From Octopus bimaculoides (lineage: Eukaryota), in NCBI RefSeq assembly GCF_001194135.2, contig NC_069000.1, positions 46,894,034-46,932,121 of the forward strand: DNA of 38,088 bases. Reading direction: 5' to 3'. This document shows positions 12,306 to 21,519 of this stretch, piece after piece (within the stretch, counting starts at the first letter, position 1; each line of letters begins with the position of its first letter). The position numbers were made by a program, and so were the translations under genes. The notes beneath the pieces are model-generated. The model was given only the letters and a program-made list of their open reading frames with translations, had not been told where the DNA came from and searched no databases.

Positions 12306-13002
12306 GAATATTTTGTTTTGTTTTTTATGCCATAAGAATAAATACATAGAAGCAAAAAAAAACAAAAATGTGATCCTAGTGAAGTAATTAGAGTTACAGT
12401 CCTTGGGCCACACATTTCTTCTCTAAAATTTAACAAGCTTGGGGTAGTTGGTCAAGTGTTTTCTCAGATTTCCTCATCTCACAGAATTGCTATCTTGGAC
12501 AATCCATTTGTTATTATGGAGGCCCAACCAAGACAAGATTTTTCTACGGAGACATTTAGGGCCAGCTTCTTACATGAAACTAGTAGCGGATGCAGCATAT
12601 GAATATCTGTGTTATAAACATTAGAAAGTAAATGTGTGTGCATGTATGTGTGTGTCTGTGTGTGTGAGCGAGTGTGTACATTTTTATATATATATATATA
12701 GACACATGGATGTGTGTGTGTATGTCAATACACACTCACATTTAAGGTTTCTAAAACAAACCAATCAGACTTCAATAATGAATTGCGATTATTGAAAATA
12801 AAACAAGAACATTTTTACAAAAAAATAGACAATAGTTAAAGAAAAAAAAAACCATGAGCAATTGGCTGCCATTATATTACTGGTATGGCTGAAATAATGA
12901 ATTTGGTGAGGATTTTCACAAGAATCCCTCAAATGATTTTCAAAGGTTAAAATTTTGCGAGCAAACTGTCATAGAAGGAACTGTGAGCGTCCTGGTTGCG
13001 AA

Positions 13003-13543
13003 TTTTTTTTCCCCCACAAGAGTGCCAGACCCCAACAATGAACTCATTTGCATACAGCCAATCAGAGCTCACCTTGACCTTGGTGTCAAGTTAACAAACA
13101 CACTCTCCCAAGTAAATTCAAGACGAAGAACGATGTTGAAAGTCGACCGATCGTCAAGGTATGCCTGATTTTAGAAGAAGACAAGTAATTAGATTTGCAT
13201 CTATAACTGTTATCCGATTTTGTTAGGGCCCCATATGGTAAAGATGTGGATGGGGAAAATGTGGGTAGAGGGTGATATACGAGCAGCCCTCACCCCTTAC
13301 TTGTTTTAGAAAGTTAACAACAAGAACAAATAACTACGCAGAGGCAGCCATGGTTGGAACAAGAACAAGAACAATAAGCATTCTTAAAAGAGAAAAGAAA
13401 CATGGTCATTCCTTAACCAAGTGACCCTATTTAAATCGCCCATCACTTGTTATGCACTTATGAATTAGTTTGATAGCTGAGCTCTGATTGGCTGTATGCA
13501 AATGAGTTCATAACTGGGGTCCGGAACTCTCGTGGGAAAAAAA
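13003..13543. repeat. Inverted-repeat element with ~68-bp arms and a 406-nt spacer (MITE-like)
   Basis: 13038-13071 is the exact reverse complement of 13478-13511 (34/34); the outer parts of the arms are imperfect. Confidence 0.85.
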
Positions 13544-13684
13544 CATTTTGCGTCCTGTTTCAGTGTTTCTAGTCTGACAGACATCTATAGCCCTGGGCCT
13601 AGCATGGTCACGTCAAACACTGATGGCAACAGTCAGCATCACTAAACAATAACCAAACAAGATAGGTCACCAAAAGAATTATTC

Positions 13685-13770
13685 ATGACGATGATGATGA
13701 TGACGACAATGGTGGTGGTGATGACAGTGACGTGTGTGATGATGATGCAGATTACTGATGTGTGTGGTGG

Positions 13771-13807
<37 letters not shown>

Positions 13808-13808
13808 A
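13685..13808 (+). repeat. (GAT)n/(GGT)n trinucleotide microsatellite
   Basis: Visible directly. Confidence 0.9.
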
Positions 13809-14149
13809 TTTTTAAATATAGACCTGATATTGAAACAGCTCCACATGTGGAAATGTAAACCATGGTATCAGTGGCAACAGTACCAGCTTTAGAAAAAACA
13901 ACCATACATCTTACAGAGTGATGGCACATTGCGCCACAGCTGATATGGCAATGGCAATGTATCACAGTCACTTGAGCAATTGTATTGTGCCTCAGTTCAA
14001 TGACAGCACTACCAAACACAGCCACCTCAGTGCCAGCCAGAACATCCGATTTGGCCTCAGTACTGCCCCACAGCACAACAACAGGTTGCAACATACCACA
14101 AAACACAGCCAGAGCTGAGAATTACTGCCAAAAACTATTCTTATATTTG

Positions 14150-14432
14150 TACACCACAACATCAGTTACAAGGAACTCCAGAGAGAGAGAGTACAGCCCC
14201 AGTCACAAGGGCCTCTAGAATTACTAAGCATTCCAGAGTAAGTCAGTTACCTGGGACTTTAAAGTACAATAGTTACAAAACTCAAGAGTACAGCCCCAAT
14301 TACCAGGGCCTCTAGAGTACAACACCACTTATCAGAGCTTCTAGAGTACAATAGTCACCAGAGGCTCCAAAGAAAGTACAATAGCAGTTACCAGGATGTC
14401 TGGAGTACCACACTAGTTACAAGAGTACAATA
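14150..14432 (+). repeat. Degenerate ~29-bp tandem repeat downstream of the stop codon
   Basis: AGAGTAC anchors at 14188, 14285, 14314, 14343 and 14422, related anchors at 14374 and 14403; unit approximately AGAGTACA(GCCCC/ATA)AGTYACCAGGGCYTCT. Confidence 0.75.
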
Positions 14433-14449
14433 CCAAGTTGCTGTCTTTT

Positions 14450-14521
14450 TTTATTAACTTTCAGAACATAATCTCCAACTTTATTATTATTGTTCTTTTA
14501 CTATTGTTTTTTTTTTTTATT
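14450..14521 (-). terminator. Candidate polyadenylation signals for the N4BP1-like gene
   Basis: Three minus-strand AATAAA hexamers (14521-14516, 14485-14480, 14455-14450), 180-250 nt after the stop, with GU-rich sequence downstream. Usage is not shown by DNA alone. Confidence 0.4.
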
Positions 14522-14699
14522 GTTGTTGCAATAACAACAGTTTCTAGTTTTGTAATGTGATGTGGGTAAACTCGTGTCAAGTACCAATTAGTCTGTAAAA
14601 AGATCCTGAGGTACGGTGAAGGGCCAAAGGCTACAGAGCTGCGATGGCAAGTCGTTTCATGAACTGGCTGAACAAACCTCATCCAGCAAAGACTACTCC

Positions 14700-14994
14700 T
14701 TAAAAATACTCCCCTAGAAATTTGTCTGACAACTGCATAAGATTCCGCTCAGTCGGGTTATCATCCAGAATTTTCCATAAGGTACTGTCTTGCGAGTCTT
14801 CAGGAAACACTGCCTTCAGTTCACGATACAGAATATCACTTTCGTCTTTAGTTCGCAATGGAAGAGCATCCGAATGGGAATTTGTGGCTTGGGGTCGTAT
14901 TCCAGCAGGTTTATTTCTCTGAACTCCTTGTGGACATGTCCTCATCGATGCTACAGTTGAGTAGTTGTACGACTGGCGAGCAGGTGGACGGCTA
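14700..14994 (-). CDS. N4BP1: Coding exon 6 (SSRPPARQ...[10 protein letters not shown]), C-terminal CoCUN/CUBAN-like domain
   Basis: Acceptor TGTTGTCTACTTGCAG|T is in phase with exon 5; TAA at 14702-14700; lies within ORF 14700-15080. Confidence 0.88.
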
Positions 14995-16192
14995 CTGCAA
15001 GTAGACAACACACGCATGTTTAAATGTTTGTATAAAAGGACGGTGGGGGGGATTTGTGCGATGACTCTCGGTATAAACAAGATATGCAGCTACAACTAGT
15101 GGTGGTCACTTAATATGGAAGTACATAGTCATAATTTCAAAGTGCAAAACAAAAGTAAATTAAAACTACTAAATTTAGGTTAATTTTAGTTTAACGACCA
15201 ATAGTAGAGCCACTAATTATGGTTTAGGCATAGCAACCAGCTATAAGATAATGAAATCCTAGATACACTTAAGTTTGGATGGTCATAGTTGGAACGGCAT
15301 CGATGCTGGGTCTGCAGGATCAGAACTAACTGGTGGCTCGACAACAATGAAGGACACACTGGATAATGTAGTCCTAGATACACTATGTGACAGCTGGAAC
15401 ATTTCTCATTATGGGTCAGCTGGATAAGGATTGACCTAGGGGTAAATAATAGAGGATGGTCACAGCTGGATCCCCTCTGATCAGGACTGACCTGGGCTTT
15501 AACCCTTTCGCATTCAGAGCATTCCATCAAACGTAAAGCTTATTTAATTCACGTTGGTTTCAATCAATCATGATTTTATTTAATAGATTCAATGTTTCAA
15601 TGACGGGATTGTTTATCTTTTGAATGACATTGTAGGGTAGGTGTGAGAGGTCAGATCTGGCTGATCTCAACATAAAACAGGGAGACTATCTGGGCTGGAC
15701 ATGGCCACTTTTTTTTTTAAATGCTAGAGGATTAAACAACAACACAACACTCACAAGTAAATAAAAAAAAAAGAAAATTACCTCTTTTTTGGAGTGGAAT
15801 TAGTTTCTTTGGGAGTTTTACTGAGGAATTCTTCAAGAGTGGGACCATCACGGCCAAGGGGATCAGCTGGCAGCATGAAGTTGTCTTGAACAAAAGTGTA
15901 CATAAGTAACCTGGGAGTGAAGAGAGAGAGAGAGACAGAGAGGTTAGTCTCATAAAGAAGACAACAAATTGAAGAGAGAGAGAGAGAGTGTGTGTGTGTG
16001 TTTCAGTAAGAATTAGGTTTCCATGGTAATATGATTTGGTGGGAGTGTAGAGAGGTGGGTAATATGGTGTGGTGAGACTATAGAGTGGTATGTACTATAG
16101 CAGGAGAGCAGATGGAGGAGTAGAAAGGTGTGAGAGAGATATTCAAGACAACAGTGCAGAGGAATACATACCGATACACTGATACATACATT

Positions 16193-16232
<40 letters not shown>

Positions 16233-16701
16233 TTCTACCACATACATACAGATACACACAGATACGCCAACATGAACACACATTCATACACACATTCTAC
16301 ACACACACTGTTCTGTAGTTTTGAAAGCTAAAAGTGCTAAATACCAGTAATTACCTCTTCTCAATGATTTCCCTCCACGAAGGTTTCTCTTCAATCAGGT
16401 CCCGGTATTGGTCATTGGACACGACAATACCATCTTCTCTTTCAGCCAGATCTAAGATAAACCTGGACAACAACAACAAGGCATTAAGTTGATGATAACA
16501 ACAACAAATAAGAAGAACAACATAGAGCAGTGGAGAGAAAGGGGTGAGGTAAGGGGGTAGTGACCAGTGGTCAGTAGTCAATGGACTGAAGTGTTGATAT
16601 GGGAGGGAGGGAGCAACAGCAACCAGTGACCTATGGTCAGCATCAAGTTAGAGTAGAAGACACTTATTCAGAGAGGCATGCAGTGAGACTAACACACACA
16701 C

Positions 16702-16776
<75 letters not shown>

Positions 16777-17756
16777 TATATACACACATACATAAATATA
16801 TGATGATTGTTCACTGGTGACTGAGAAAGACTATCATTGACCATTGTCCATACAAATTGCCTACAATGCTCATAGATACCCTTCCTAAAGCAAACCCCTT
16901 GACAGATATATTTATTTATATGTTGCGGATACTGTTCAGCTACAACTACATACAGTCAGGAAGCATTTACATAAAACAATCCTAGACACTGCCATTCTTT
17001 GTTTATGCCATTATGCAAAACCAGGATTCTGTAGTTAATTTCATTAATTAACATTAATTAACCATACTTACCGATCATCATAACAATTGATGAGTTTTTT
17101 CTGGATTTTTCTCGAAGGAGTCACAGCAAGACGGCCTTGTTCTTTGAGTCTGTAGAGAATATCTTGATCCAGGATGTTGTTGGAGGAGTTTGGGGTATAA
17201 AATTTATGTTGGGGTACAAATGCCATCACATTGTGTCCTAAACTGATAAAATAATTAACAACTATTTGAATTCCTCTACAAGAGAATTTACCATTTCCAT
17301 GTCTGAAATAGATAAAAAAAGAGAGCTTATTGTTTTAACAAGTACAGCATTTTCAGTTGAAGAATAGCTAACAGGATGGAGAAATTTAAGGAACTGCATT
17401 TGAAGACAATATTTTGTCCAATGGAATATCATCAGTTTAACATCCACTTTTCCATGCTTGCAAGGGTTTCTACAGAATTCGGTTGAGGCAGATCTTCTAC
17501 AGCTGGTTGCCCTTTCTGTCATCAACATTCATCTGTTTCCTTGACAATGGGAGACTGGGAATGAATGACACTGCTTCCAGGACACTGGCATTTATTTACA
17601 ACCATTACCTGACGTCGAGACAAGGAGACACAAACACACACACACACACACATATATATATACAACACATGCATACACATATATTGTCCAACCCATGCCA
17701 GCGTGGAAAACAGATGTTAAATGATGATGATTTTGATGATATATAACTATACATAT

Positions 17757-17828
<72 letters not shown>

Positions 17829-20800
17829 NNNNNNNNNNNNNNNNNNNNNNNNNNNNNNNNNNNNNNNNNNNNNNNNNNNNNNNNNNNNNNNNNNNNNNNN
17901 NNNNNNNNNNNNNNNNNNNNNNNNNNNNNNNNNNNNNNNNNNNNNNNNNNGACACATGCACATATATATACACTGTCCTCCTAACACAAATCAACAATGA
18001 TGAATCAAATTGCTATTTCAGTCACTGACACATACATTGACAATTTGCTGATTTCATAAAAGCTGTAGATAAAGGTCAGAATTGTTTAAGAGTAATCAGT
18101 GTAAATGGGGGGGGGGGGCACAGGTGAGAATATAGAGCAGGTTATTGATTCAATTTAGCTTTAAGTCAGCCCTGATTAGGCACACCTGATTAAAGCTGTT
18201 GTAAGCACAACCATCTTGTAGTCATCTTCATGACTACATTGTTTAGTGTGTCTTTATTTAAGTCAGTAAGGAGTGAATTAAGAGATGTTTGGCTGCTATT
18301 TCTAAGATACTTAAACACCTGTACAGTGAATCTGTCTTTCTTGTTGGCACATTGAAAGCCAGGTGATTAGATGAAAGAGATAACAAGTTTAAATAATTAA
18401 ATAAATGAACTATACTAGGGTTAACACAGGAGACTGAAGGCTGAATGTTAGTATTATGTTCAGTGTTTGCAGATCCTTACAACCCCCAGCAACATTGACA
18501 TGTATGGTATATATACACATGTATATAACAAACACACACATATACACACTCACACATACATGTATATACAGATGTTTTTGTGTTCTATAAGTGAAATGTG
18601 GAGGAAACAAGATTATAGAATGTTTATGGCCCCGGGATGGAAGGCAGTGCTCATGATCCTTTATATGGCCTCAGTGACTGGTGGAAGGGATTTTCAAATT
18701 GGGGCTTGACCCCCAAATGCTTATAACAGAACGAATATGGATTCTGCTAAAGACACACATGGTCCCAGGTGGGAGCATTAAACCAGGCTTCAGAATAAAT
18801 TTACCCTTTGTGAAGGCCATGATGGGAATTAAAAGAGGAAAAAACCAGAACAAATACCACAAGGTATCCAGCTTGATCTTACAGTTCTATAATCCACCAT
18901 CCTGGGTTGTTATTGACTCCAAAATGGTGGAAGACAAACTAGACCAGCAGGATTTGAACAAATAAAGTGAGACATTCACATTGTTAGAGGGTAAAAGTAA
19001 TTAAACTCTGGAAAGGTGTGCTGTAATTAGAGTGGAGGGTGATGAAGTTATTTGTGGTTAGAAGAGAAGTATGGAGAAGATGACTAACAAAATAATAATA
19101 AAGTACTTACGTCATTGCTATATTACTTCCATCGACAACAATATATCGCAGTTTGTCATTCACAACAGGAGACATTCCACTGTTTGGAGAACCAGTATCA
19201 ATTCGTCCTATCAAAGGTTTCGGTTGCTGAACGTTGGAAGCTGTCCGTCTGTTGTCTGATTGTGCTACAGGAATATTTTTGGATTTTGCCATAGAACCTG
19301 AGGTAGAGGAAGCTTTTGGTGGAGTTCCTTTACAGCATGGAGTATATTGGTTATCAACATCTCTATTGAGGTAAAGCTGGTGACCAGGAATCTGTGGATT
19401 AGCGTTAGCAACGGAAGGGAGGATGTCTCTGTCAGTGCCAAGAAGAGGAGGAGGTTGAGGGTAAAGTGGGTATGTTGGGGAAGGATTTGCAAAATTCTCT
19501 GGTTGTTTGGAAGTTTTCTTCTTTGTTTTCTTCATTTTCAGATGTTCAATCTGTGGAAACGGCTGCTGTTGAGGAGGCGTCACGGGGCAACTCTTACCAT
19601 TTAAAGTGTGTTCCCGTAGACATCTTTGCCGTGCCTGATTTCTCCTTTTCAGTTCTTCAATAGAAGACAGTTCTGATTCTTCTTCATAGTCATTTAGTAG
19701 CATTTTCACATAACTATCTGGCAGTGATGACTTGGCACCCAAATTCGATTCTGTCGCATGAAATTCTTCACAATCACAGTCTTCAGTTTCAGCAATCTCT
19801 CGATCTTCTTTGATGCTATTCAACAACCTGATGAAATCAGATGGTTTTGTGTCTTCAGAAGCAATCTTTAGAGCATCCTGAATATCAGGATCTTCATGAC
19901 CAATTTGCTTTGCAAGATTTCTGAAAAAATCCAAACGTTCTGCAGAGAGTGCCTCCTTTCTTGATGGTAACGGTTTATTCACCAACAGCTGCCCATTGAC
20001 AGTGTCACATTTTGGAGGGGTTGAAGAAGCTCCATTACTTATCACCAAATTCTCTAGAAAATGTTCATCAGACAGTTTGCAGTTGGCATCATTATCAGAC
20101 CGAAATCCTGAGCTTGCAATTAAGTCTGGCAATTGGACGTTGTTCTTCATTATTGAATTAACAATAGCAGAATGGTCTATGGACAGTGCTGAAGACCTGA
20201 AGCTTTTAGATTCATCAATGTCCCCACTTTTGAACTGAGGTGGAGTCAGCTGCTGGTATGGCCCTAATTTGTCTTCAAGAATAGAGAGAGCAAGTGCTAC
20301 AGACAAGGAAGAGCCACAAATTTTGAGGAAGTTGTCACGGTAGAACTCAATATATGCTCGTGTCTGTTTTTCTATAGTTTCGAAATATTTCCAGCTTGAG
20401 ATGGATTGTATTTCCTTTGCAACTGTCATGTATTTTGTCTCAGCTGGGTCTGTGATAGCAAGTATATATTCCTGAAATTACAATTAATGGAATTAATTTT
20501 TAAGAAAACAAAATCAATCAACTCATCTTCATAATAACTACAGTTCTCATCTTTGCAGCAAAACGGGAGGAGAACTCATTCGGTTGTAGGAGAAACCGAT
20601 TTCATGTTAGTTCTCCACACACACACATCAGCCAATCATAGTGGCTTTCTGAGGACACTTAATGTGCTTGGAAACAGCAGCCAATTCTTCCTCAGATCAC
20701 ATCTTACTGTCTTAAAAACTGAATACCACAAAGAGCAGTGTTGTGTTAGATGTACAAAAGGAGCTGACCTTTGACTAAACAATACTGGCTACTAAGGCAT

Positions 20801-21464
20801 ACAGGACAGACTGACCTTTGCCTAAACAACACACAATGGCTCCAGGACAGACTGACCTCTGCCTGAACAACACACAATGGCTCCAGGATGGACTGACCTC
20901 TGCCTGAACAACAAAACACAGTGGCTCTATGACAGACTGACCTAGGGCTAAACAACACCAACAAGAACATACAAGATGTTGAATTGATATAAATCCCTTA
21001 CATGAGAAGAAATAGCGTTGGTTATTTAAAGATCCTAACAAACTATATATGAAGTGCTGCTGTACAGTCAGTTAAGTTTGTTAAACCTTTTGTCAACTGG
21101 GTCCAATGGACCAATTTCAGTTTTTTCCACTTGCTTTTTCCTTCTGTTTATATTTTTTGATTCTGTTGACTTCTCGTGACTCTTATTTCTTCTTGACCCT
21201 CTTTCATTTCCCAAATGCAAAATTTTCAGTGTATTTATAAAAGCTAGAAAATTTCACTTTATACATTACTGTATTGGTACACTGGATCCTTGAATTAAAT
21301 TTAAACAGTTTTTACTTCAAATTTTTAGAAATCTTTACTGATATCTTACAAGATGATATTCATCGTAGCTGATATTATCTCCTTTATATAATTTTTTAAA
21401 ATCATGTTTATTAAATTCCTTCTTAAATTGAAAGACTTACTTCTGTGCTATATCCACCTCCATC

Positions 21465-21519
<55 letters not shown>

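Noticed and set aside
13642-14106. 154-aa minus-strand ORF downstream of N4BP1
   Set aside because: Driven by (GAT)n/(GGT)n repeats; no recognisable domain; the gene already ends at 14700.
17243-17528. Alternative exon reading KHGKVDVK (ORF 17262-17528), and an apparent acceptor at 17243
   Set aside because: The frame starting at the 17303 acceptor gives [15 protein letters not shown], matches the NYN consensus and runs in frame through 17243.
18681-18965. 94-aa plus-strand ORF inside intron 2
   Set aside because: No recognisable family, no overlap with the spliced model, length expected by chance.
19770-19805. Acidic ETEDCDCEE stretch as a possible caspase site (mammalian N4BP1 is caspase-8 cleaved)
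   Set aside because: Does not match a clear (I/L/V)ExD motif and lies in an unalignable linker.
20649-20680. CTGAGGA...GAAACAGCAGCC
   Set aside because: Stem II has only 2 bp, GCC is not a valid NUH site and stem I fails.
20762-20960. CRISPR-like appearance of the 41-bp repeats
   Set aside because: Units are contiguous with no unique spacers, no cas genes, eukaryotic intron.
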